Shown in pieces: positions 57,325-64,000 of a stretch of DNA of 64,000 bases. Location: positions 32,001 through 96,000 of the IMG/VR virus record IMGVR_UViG_3300050821_004356; one strand, written 5' to 3'. The stretch is from a virus. Every line of letters begins with the position of its first letter. Positions within the stretch are counted from its first letter, which is position 1. The notes beneath the pieces were generated by a model. That model was not told the origin of the DNA. It searched no databases and saw only the letters and a program-made list of their open reading frames with translations. A program made the position numbers and the translations under genes.

Positions 57325-57398
57325 GCACTGCTAGTCTAGTGGCAGGACACTCCCCTCGTAAGGCAGAGGCAACTGTTCGATTCAGTTGCGGTGCTCCA
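57325..57398 (+). tRNA. tRNA-Thr(CGT)
   Basis: cloverleaf, CCA. Confidence 0.88.
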
Positions 57399-57471
57399 AG
57401 TTTTGTGCTGTGACATAAAACACATCGGTGAGAGGCGTCCATAGACCCACCGAGGCACAAAAGTTTTCTGA

Positions 57472-57545
57472 GCGATGTTGGTATAGTGGTAGCACGAGAC
57501 CTTGCCAAGGTCTAGGCACCGTTTCGATTACGGTACGTCGCTCCA
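57472..57545 (+). tRNA. tRNA-Gly(GCC)
   Basis: cloverleaf, U73, CCA. Confidence 0.9.
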
Positions 57546-57554
57546 ATTTTCTGT

Positions 57555-57643
57555 GGATGGTTAGCTCAAGCGGCAACGACACTTGGCTGTAAACCAAGCG
57601 GTCCTAGCGACCTTCCGAGGTTCGAGTCCTCGACTATCCACCA
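57555..57643 (+). tRNA. tRNA-Tyr(GTA)
   Basis: long variable arm, CCA. Confidence 0.92.
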
Positions 57644-57654
57644 TAATTTTCTAC

Positions 57655-57742
57655 TGGGGTGTGGCTCAATTGGTACAGCACCTGACTGTTAATCAGGCAG
57701 AGTTAACGCTCATTATAGGTTCGAATCCTATTGCCCCAGCCA
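57655..57742 (+). tRNA. tRNA-Asn(GTT) with long variable arm
   Basis: CCTGA CT GTT AA TCAGG, G73, 17-nt variable region. Confidence 0.88.
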
Positions 57743-57750
57743 TTTTAAAC

Positions 57751-57828
57751 GGAGATGTCGCGTAGAGGCCTATCGCACTCCCCTGTCACGGGAGATCATC
57801 GTGGGTTCGAATCCCATCATTTCCGCCA
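57751..57828 (+). tRNA. tRNA-Asp(GTC)
   Basis: G73, CCA. Confidence 0.92.
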
Positions 57829-57836
57829 TTTTCAAC

Positions 57837-57911
57837 AGGTCGGTAGTGTAACGGTAACATCACGCACTCCAAACGCGTCGGATGGGGGTTCGAGTCCCTC
57901 CTGACCTGCCA
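57837..57911 (+). tRNA. tRNA-Trp(CCA)
   Basis: AGG/CCT, G73, CCA. Confidence 0.92.
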
Positions 57912-57919
57912 ATTTTTAC

Positions 57920-58010
57920 GGAAGGTTGACGGAACCTGGCTAACGTATAGGTTTGCTAAACCTAAGTCAACCGAAAGGTTGTTTGTGTTCAAATCACAAA
58001 CCTTCCGCCA
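57920..58010 (+). tRNA. tRNA-Ser(GCT)
   Basis: long variable arm, G73, CCA. Confidence 0.9.
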
Positions 58011-58015
58011 TTTAC

Positions 58016-58099
58016 GGAGGATGCCGCTCAAGGGGGCAATCCGGTTTGAACCCGGAGGGCGCTGTAAGGCGCGGTGTTCGATTCATCCTTCCTCCTCCA
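58016..58099 (+). tRNA. tRNA-Ser(TGA), probable 8/4 fold
   Basis: GGAGGATG/CTTCCTCC 8-bp acceptor (one U-U), 4-bp T stem GGTG/CATC. Confidence 0.8.
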
Positions 58100-58192
58100 T
58101 ATTCTACGCTCGTGGCTGAAATGCCGTTTGGTGTAGACACACCCTAACGGGGACTGAGCACCGTCGCTAACAGTATAAAATTGGGGCGACAT

Positions 58193-58266
58193 CCCTTGTA
58201 GGTGTAACGGTAGCACCTTCCGTTGAAGCCGGAAAGGACGTGGTTCAATTCCACGACTCGGGACCA
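58193..58266 (+). tRNA. tRNA-Phe(GAA)
   Basis: cloverleaf with two acceptor mismatches, CCA. Confidence 0.8.
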
Positions 58267-58274
58267 TTTTCAAT

Positions 58275-58350
58275 TGGGATGTAGTTTAACTGGCAAAATA
58301 GTCGGCTTTGAACCGACCAGATGAAGGTCCGAATCCTTCCGCCCCAACCA
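58275..58350 (+). tRNA. tRNA-Gln(TTG)
   Basis: U1:A72, CCA. Confidence 0.9.
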
Positions 58351-58359
58351 ATTTTCAAT

Positions 58360-58435
58360 TGCCAAGTGGCGCAACTGGTAGCGCAGGCGGCTCTGAACCG
58401 CAAGGCTGATCGTTCGAATCGATCTTTGGCAACCA
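58360..58435 (+). tRNA. tRNA-Gln(CTG)
   Basis: U1:A72, CCA. Confidence 0.9.
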
Positions 58436-58501
58436 ATTTTCAATTCAGGTCACTATGAGACGGACCTGGAGATTCCCCAAATAATTTAAAAGTGAGGGAA
58501 G

Positions 58502-58798
58502 ATGCATGACCGAATAGATAAATTGAAAAATCATATGTTTTATGGTTCGACTTATCAAAGCGAACTAAGGGAGATACTTATGGCATTCGCAGACGCAATC
58601 GCAAAGCTTCAAGCAGACGTCGCAACGTTGATCGCCGAGAACGGCCCAGCCGCAGTCGCAGCGGCCGTAGCAGCGAAAGATGCATCCGACGCAGCCGCAG
58701 TTGCCGCAGTTGACGCAACCGTGGTAGCAGCATTGACACCGGCAGCACCGGCCCCGGCTCCAGTAGCACCAGCGGCCCCGGCAGCACCGGCAGCTTAA
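58502..58798 (+). CDS. Ala/Pro-rich small protein (likely start MAFAD at 58580)
   Basis: GGAG RBS before MAF. Confidence 0.6.
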   Translation: MHDRIDKLKNHMFYGSTYQSELREILMAFADAIAKLQADVATLIAENGPAAVAAAVAAKDASDAAAVAAVDATVVAALTPAAPAPAPVAPAAPAAPAA

Positions 58799-58832
58799 TA
58801 AGTTACCCCCGACGTTAACTCGTCGGGACAAT

Positions 58833-58932
58833 TTCTGGGTAGCTCAAAGACGTCGATAAGAGCACTCGTTCCCTGTTTAAGTCGCAAGACGCAAATCGAG
58901 AGTGTGGAGACTTAGGCGCACCTCCCCCAGAA
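58833..58932 (+). ncRNA. degenerate or expanded tRNA-like element
   Basis: TTCTGGG/CCCAGAA, TA, GCTC/GAGC D stem, CTCG/CGAG with 28-nt insert, GGAG/CTCC; no CCA. Confidence 0.45.
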
Positions 58933-59059
58933 TTTTTAGGAGCGAAATGACCACAACTAAAAAGGTTTTGCTCAGCATAGCGGTAGGCCTAGTTATCGGT
59001 TTAGGTTTTTTATTTTGGCACGTCGCGGAAGTATTTAACGCCGTTCAGTAAGAGGTTCC

Positions 59060-59479
59060 ATGAGCGTTCTCCATAAGGTCGAAGTAGGCGCAGAGATTTA
59101 TATTATCGCGGCGATGTCGTTGATCGCAGTATCAGCGTCTATTGCAGCGATCAGACTGCTTATTGAAAAGAATAAACCAGTATTTAACTATCCTGCTGAT
59201 GTACCTACAGCCGAGGCCAAGGCCGCAGCTGAAGGTTATCTTCATCGGTGCCTAGTGGCTCTCGATATTTTTATGAACGTCGTCTTCTTCGCAGGTAAGC
59301 AGGGTGAGACAATGTCTACGCATGCTTGGATCGCGTCGCAGTCAGGCGCGCTCTGGGGCAAGTTGATGAACCGTTGGCTCGACGGCTTCCAAGCGAACCA
59401 CGGCCCGCAAGCAGCATCGGGAGATTTAGAGCGCGCGCAAGGCGAAGTGAACCGCCTTAGAAAGATTTTAGGAGTTTAG
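59060..59479 (+). CDS. membrane-associated phage protein (D..N...G...ET.S...LD....H pattern)
   Basis: N-terminal TM, GAGG RBS. Confidence 0.65.
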   Translation: MSVLHKVEVGAEIYIIAAMSLIAVSASIAAIRLLIEKNKPVFNYPADVPTAEAKAAAEGYLHRCLVALDIFMNVVFFAGKQGETMSTHAWIASQSGALWGKLMNRWLDGFQANHGPQAASGDLERAQGEVNRLRKILGV

Positions 59480-59570
59480 TTTCAAACGCCGAGCAAAGGC
59501 ACCCGAAAGGGTACGGCGTAATTACGAGCGCAAGATGCTTTGCTAAGGCGTGCTCGTCGAGTAACTGGGT

Positions 59571-59975
59571 ATGAAGATTCTTCGTAAGTTCCCTTACTGG
59601 TATTTGATCGCAGTACCTGCCCTGCTATTCGGCTTGGGCGTTGTGTCCAATCAATCGGTCTTGGTTGCCAACCACGGTAAGTTCCCGGTGATGCTGAGCC
59701 AAGGCATGTACTATAAATACTGTACCCCACAGTCCGAGGAAGACGAAGACGCCCCTAGTATCTCTTGTATCAAAGGCGGCGAGATGATCGACGAGACGCA
59801 TAGCGTTATGGGTCCGAACTCACACTTGAAAGTATTGTCGGACATCATACCCATCGGGTCAACTATTTACAGTATCGGAGATGGCCTTCTTGAATTAGGT
59901 TCGTGGCTGCTTTCTTATACGCTCATCGCGTGGCTATTCCTGACAATTCGAAAGTTAGCAACTTTGGTGAACTAA
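59571..59975 (+). CDS. DUF5317-like membrane protein
   Basis: SNQSVLVANHGKFPV...LSDIIPI...YSIGD. Confidence 0.65.
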   Translation: MKILRKFPYWYLIAVPALLFGLGVVSNQSVLVANHGKFPVMLSQGMYYKYCTPQSEEDEDAPSISCIKGGEMIDETHSVMGPNSHLKVLSDIIPIGSTIYSIGDGLLELGSWLLSYTLIAWLFLTIRKLATLVN

Positions 59976-60280
59976 TGACGGCGCACCACACAACGCAACA
60001 TACTCAGGTTCGTAATCAGAACCACGGCGCACAAAGAGACAATCATGGTCGTAGAGACCCGCGCTCTTTCGACGCAGGTACGCACCATCGCGTCGAAGAG
60101 AGACGTTATCGAGATGGTCATTGGAACGTCCGATTCGAAGGATACTGGTTTGAGTGCAGTGTGTGGCCTGCTTGGGCGCTTTATGAAGACGTATATTTTG
60201 TAGAAGGTCCGAACGGAGTATTTTTCGTGTATGAGTATAATAATCCGGCTATGTTCCTTCAAGTTTATTTAGTTGATTAA
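59903..60280 (+). CDS. hypothetical protein (likely start 59975)
   Basis: His/Arg-rich N-terminus, aromatic-rich C-terminus; TAATG coupling. Confidence 0.5.
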   Translation: MAAFLYAHRVAIPDNSKVSNFGELMTAHHTTQHTQVRNQNHGAQRDNHGRRDPRSFDAGTHHRVEERRYRDGHWNVRFEGYWFECSVWPAWALYEDVYFVEGPNGVFFVYEYNNPAMFLQVYLVD

Positions 60281-60339
60281 GTTTTACTAAGATTAAAGTA
60301 GTAAATTTTTAGCCACTTCGGTGGCATAGAGGAAACAAC

Positions 60340-61413
60340 GTGTCTATTACTTCACAGCTTTTGACTGGCGCAAATTACGCGCTCAACGCGTATTCTGGTA
60401 TCACGAACTCCGGTCTTACCGTTATTTCTGGCGGTAACATCGGGTCTTTCCCGACGTCGTCTATTACAGGCTTCCCCCCAGGCCTGCTTTCTCCTCCAGC
60501 AGTTATAGACAACGCTGATTCGTTGCAAGCGCGTCTAGATGCTCTTTCCGCATACAATACGTTTGCGGCCCTCGCGTTTACTTCATTGGGTGCATCCTCA
60601 GTTAATCTCTCCGTATCTGGCAACGGCTCTTCGGCTTCGACTTACACTCCCGGTAACTACTCTGCAGGAACTAGCATGGATATTCCTACTAGTATCACAC
60701 TAGATGCGCAAGGAAACCCGAACGCTGTGTTCATCTTTAAAGCAGGCAGCACAGTTACCCTTGAAAGCGGGGCCTCTGTTTTGCTCGTCAACGGAGCCGC
60801 AGCACAAAACGTTGTGTGGCTCGTAGGCACTTCATTCACGTCTATCTTTGCTGGCACATCAGTTATGGTCGGCAACATCTTGGCGCAAGCCTCTGCCACA
60901 TTGGGCGGCGGTGTTCTAAGCGGTCGTGTCCTAGCAGGTCTAAACAATTCGAGCGGTGCGATTACTATCGCGACTGCGCTTGCTTTGACAGTTCCAGTAT
61001 CGGGCGGTGGGGTCGCTCCACCTCCTACGAGGGCTGGCGGTGCGGCTCAGTGTCTTATCTCTCAGAATTTGGGAGCGTCGGTTTTGTTAGCTTGGCCGCA
61101 GAATAGTCCCGGAGTTCAAGGACAATTCTTAGACCTAGTCCAAATCGTTGACGAAGGTGGAAATTTTGTACTCAACGTCGACTTTAGCGGTGCTGTTCAC
61201 TATCCCGCAATTCTACCAACTAATGGCACGAGAATCGGCCAATATCAAACGAGATTTGGTCTGTCTGGTAGTGGTCTTCCCGTAACTACACTTTCGCAAG
61301 TAATGCATGACGCTTTCACTAATCCACAATTTCTTGACATCATTCAAATAATCAATGTGGGAGGAAATATCTCCTATTGGTGGAATTCCGAAGGCGTCGC
61401 GACCGGTTCCTAG
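60340..61413 (+). CDS. DUF3494 ice-binding-like protein with C-terminal duplicated module
   Basis: ITNSG.TVI.G.IG.FP.SSITGFPPG, A..DA..AYN, TPG.Y, ITLDAQGNPNAVFIF, LVNGA.AQNVVW.VG, GNILAQ, LSGRVLA. Confidence 0.88.
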   Translation: MSITSQLLTGANYALNAYSGITNSGLTVISGGNIGSFPTSSITGFPPGLLSPPAVIDNADSLQARLDALSAYNTFAALAFTSLGASSVNLSVSGNGSSASTYTPGNYSAGTSMDIPTSITLDAQGNPNAVFIFKAGSTVTLESGASVLLVNGAAAQNVVWLVGTSFTSIFAGTSVMVGNILAQASATLGGGVLSGRVLAGLNNSSGAITIATALALTVPVSGGGVAPPPTRAGGAAQCLISQNLGASVLLAWPQNSPGVQGQFLDLVQIVDEGGNFVLNVDFSGAVHYPAILPTNGTRIGQYQTRFGLSGSGLPVTTLSQVMHDAFTNPQFLDIIQIINVGGNISYWWNSEGVATGS

Positions 61414-61506
61414 TTTTGCGTAGTCTCCTCGGAGGCTTTTTACGTGGCAACGCGACTGTCCAATTTGTAAAACACAGCTTCAAAAGAAAACAGGTACAAT
61501 AGTAGT

Positions 61507-62322
61507 TTGCCCATGCTGTGCGTGGGTATGGAAATAATTATGGATGATAAAGCCGCCAATATAATGGCAAATATTATTGCTCGTCGCGCCACAGAAATGG
61601 AAAAAGAAGCCTTGGACGTTATCACAGGACCCCAAGGCCCGCGCGGAGAGCGAGGTATCCAAGGACCTATAGGTCCAGTTGGACCTACGGGTCTCAAAGG
61701 TGATAGAGGTCCAGCAGGAGAGAAAGCGGAGCGCGGAGAAAGAGGACCAGTCGGAGAGGCAGGTCCTATAGGACCTACCGGTCCCGCTGGCGCTAAAGGT
61801 GACCGAGGTCTCACAGGACCCGCAGGCGAAGACGGTAAACACGGCCGCGACGGTAGAGATGCCCAAGTTCCAGAATTCGTAATAGGCGAAGCCGTTGTAG
61901 GTACTGAAGCTAAGGCAACGCTACATCGCAATGAGAGCGGCGTTTATATTTTGAGTCTAATTCTCCCGAGAGGAGAGCGCGGCGTCAAGGGCGAACCAGG
62001 TCCAACCGGTCTTCGAGGTTTTCCGGGAAAAGATTCGGTTACACCTGGTCCAAAAGGCGATCCGGGGAAGTCAATAACAGGTCCAGCTGGCGCTGATTCG
62101 ACGGTCCCTGGCCCACAAGGTATTCCTGGTAAAGACGGACTGAGCATTGACGAGATCAAACAACTCGTCGTCGATATTTTGTCAGACGCTGGTTTGTTAT
62201 CGGAACAAGCCCAAAAACTTGCAACTATTCGTGCATTATTAAAAAAAGCGATACATCAAGCCGACGCTCGCCACGCTTTTCAAATTTCGGAAATAATCAG
62301 GGAAGTAGATAAACTGTTTTAG
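61507..62322 (+). CDS. collagen-like (Gly-X-Y) protein
   Basis: two long GXY tracts. Confidence 0.9.
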   Translation: MPMLCVGMEIIMDDKAANIMANIIARRATEMEKEALDVITGPQGPRGERGIQGPIGPVGPTGLKGDRGPAGEKAERGERGPVGEAGPIGPTGPAGAKGDRGLTGPAGEDGKHGRDGRDAQVPEFVIGEAVVGTEAKATLHRNESGVYILSLILPRGERGVKGEPGPTGLRGFPGKDSVTPGPKGDPGKSITGPAGADSTVPGPQGIPGKDGLSIDEIKQLVVDILSDAGLLSEQAQKLATIRALLKKAIHQADARHAFQISEIIREVDKLF

Positions 62323-62340
62323 TTGAATTTACGAGATTAG

Positions 62341-64000
62341 ATGCCATTTAACCCGCTGGCCGTAAGAGGCCCTTTACTAAGTCCATCGCCCGGAACGCCA
62401 ACTGTGGTCGGAGCGGTTTATAACGCAACCGCACCTGCGCCCCAAGATGAACAAGGCTGTTCCCTTCAATGCGATTCAGCCGGAAACCTTTTAGTAAATG
62501 TGGCCGTCGGTGGCGGTGGTGGTGGCGGCAGCAACGTCAATTTGGTTCAAGTGGGTGGCGTACCGTTTTCATTAGGCCAACAATTGGCCGCACAGAGTTT
62601 GCCTGTCGTTTTAACAGCGGCGCAAATCGCGGCTCTAACTCCGCTGTCGACGGTCACCGTTCTCCAAGGTACTTCACCTTGGGTAGTCAGCGGAACGGTC
62701 ACAATTACTCCGTCTGGTCTTCAAAATGTGAATGTCACGGAGTGGAACACTGTCGCTCTTGGCTCACCTTCCGCTTATGGAACGTCTCCCGGTGCGGTTA
62801 ATGTCATCGGCGTGAACGCGTTCATTACGAACACGGTTCCTGTCACTCTAGCTTCGACGACTATTACCGGGACGGTAGCTGTAACTCAATCAACGAGTCC
62901 TTGGGTTGTCAGTCTCGCGTCTACAACGGTTACAAATACCGTTGCCGAGAATCTCATTCAAGTTGCTGGCGTCACACTGGGCGCTACAGCGGTCACCAAT
63001 TTCGGAACGGCTCCCGCCGCTGCTGCGGTCCCGGGAGTAAACGCATCGTTGTTTGCAGGCACCACAGGTATCACGGCTACAGGTTCTTCATTGAACGTAG
63101 ACGTTACGAATACAGTTCCTGTCACCCTTGCTTCGACCACGATTACCGGAACTGTCTCGGTAACACAAGGCACAACGCCGTGGGTTGTCGCAGGCAGCTT
63201 GACGAACAATAACGCCGCTCCAACCGCTACACTTATAGGTGTATTGGGCGCGATAGCCGAGACTGCGTACAATACTGTTACTTATACGACAGGTGATATG
63301 GTTCTGCCTGTTACAGACCTGCACGGCGCTCTCAATGAAGATTTACAGGCTGTGGCGGGCGTCCAGATTGGCGCTACATCAGTCGTTGCCTTTGGTTCGG
63401 CTCCAGCCGCTGTTAACGTTGAAGCTGTAAATGCTTCAATTTTCTCAGGTGCCACTGCCTTAACGAATACCGCTGGCGCGTTGAACGTTAACGTAACCAA
63501 CACGGGAACACCATTCACGGTAGAGGGTGACGAAACCAATAACGCTGCCGCACCAGAGGCAGCCGCCGCTCTCGAAGTTCTCCCAGCGATTGCGAATGCC
63601 GCTTCACCTTCGTGGACCGAGGGATTCAACGTTCTTTTGTCCGTCGATCTCTTAGGTCGTCAGCGCATCCGTGGCACACTGACCCCGAATAACGCTGCGC
63701 CCGGTTCTGATGGTCAGATGGCGCTCACAACTATCGCTAACGCGGTAGCTCCGACGTACACCGAAGGGGATTTGGTACTTGCGTCTGTTGACCTTAACGG
63801 CGCGACCCGCATCGTGGGAACGCGCACGAATAATAACGCGGCCCCGAGTTTTGAGGTTGGAGTTCTTCCTGCTCTCGCTAATGCTGCTAGCCCATCGTGG
63901 ACAGAGGGCAATCAAGTATTAGAGTCGGTCGATCTAACAGGCCGTCAACGCATTCGTGGTACGCTTACCAACAACAATGCCGCTCCTACGGCAGACCTTA
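62341..64000 (+). CDS. long Thr/Val/Ala-rich repeat protein (tail fibre or virion appendage), partial
   Basis: open frame from ATG 62341 to window end (MPFNPLAVRG...); repeats NTVPVTLASTTITGTV and NNAAP...ANAASPSWTEG...VDL.GRQRIRGTLT; missing from the ORF track because no stop lies in the window. Confidence 0.85.
   Translation, partial: MPFNPLAVRGPLLSPSPGTPTVVGAVYNATAPAPQDEQGCSLQCDSAGNLLVNVAVGGGGGGGSNVNLVQVGGVPFSLGQQLAAQSLPVVLTAAQIAALTPLSTVTVLQGTSPWVVSGTVTITPSGLQNVNVTEWNTVALGSPSAYGTSPGAVNVIGVNAFITNTVPVTLASTTITGTVAVTQSTSPWVVSLASTTVTNTVAENLIQVAGVTLGATAVTNFGTAPAAAAVPGVNASLFAGTTGITATGSSLNVDVTNTVPVTLASTTITGTVSVTQGTTPWVVAGSLTNNNAAPTATLIGVLGAIAETAYNTVTYTTGDMVLPVTDLHGALNEDLQAVAGVQIGATSVVAFGSAPAAVNVEAVNASIFSGATALTNTAGALNVNVTNTGTPFTVEGDETNNAAAPEAAAALEVLPAIANAASPSWTEGFNVLLSVDLLGRQRIRGTLTPNNAAPGSDGQMALTTIANAVAPTYTEGDLVLASVDLNGATRIVGTRTNNNAAPSFEVGVLPALANAASPSWTEGNQVLESVDLTGRQRIRGTLTNNNAAPTADL

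Noticed and set aside
54057-58435. Stop-codon reassignment or suppressor tRNAs
   Set aside because: No CTA, TTA or TCA anticodon was found; long genes are intact in the standard code and use all three stops.
54138-58436. ORFs listed across the tRNA array on both strands (other than 56585-56827)
   Set aside because: They overlap clear tRNA or ncRNA genes and lack RBS or protein-like composition.
59486-59557. c-di-GMP-I riboswitch
   Set aside because: The GCAAA and GAAA resemblance is superficial; the pairing pattern fits a different pseudoknot, so it is left unassigned.
59903-60280. Host assignment to Acidobacteriota from this protein's composition and the 8/4 tRNA
   Set aside because: This is an impression only; it needs database searches or CRISPR spacer matches.
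60375-63915. Minus-strand and off-frame ORFs over the DUF3494, collagen-like and fibre genes
   Set aside because: They are shadows of repetitive plus-strand coding sequence.

Overview
A 64-kb segment of a large tailed dsDNA bacteriophage genome, probably lytic and probably with a Gram-negative host (GH108 endolysin, sigma70-type promoters). It has two divergent arms separated by about 1.6 kb of non-coding DNA (47.5-49.1 kb) that carries iteron-like TGTCACCA repeats. The left arm (minus strand, 1-47.5 kb), in transcription order, has: small early genes with a shared GTAC/TGAGA promoter type; a nucleotide-metabolism block; replication genes (exonuclease, SSB-like protein, primase, a family A DNA polymerase split in two by an endonuclease cassette, a Bet/RecT-like annealing protein, UvrD, a PD-(D/E)XK nuclease); an 11-gene soluble glycosylation locus (Gmd, Fcl/ColC-like, His-type ColD-like dehydratase, GT11, GT10, GT2 and five GT31-like paralogs); phosphoesterases; the endolysin; and a BCS1-like AAA ATPase. 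The right arm (plus strand) has small genes, then an RNA island of about 6 kb, then a DUF3494 ice-binding-like protein, a collagen-like protein and the start of a long repeat-rich fibre protein. The RNA island holds 34 CCA-encoding tRNAs covering all 20 amino acids, several of them non-canonical. Among them lie a compact RNase P RNA, a circularly permuted tRNA-like (Y RNA/YrlA-like) element and about ten unassigned structured RNAs. The best candidates for an undescribed system are this self-contained tRNA supply and processing island and the colitose/fucose glycosylation locus. All assignments come from reading motifs and base pairing by eye; no searches were run.
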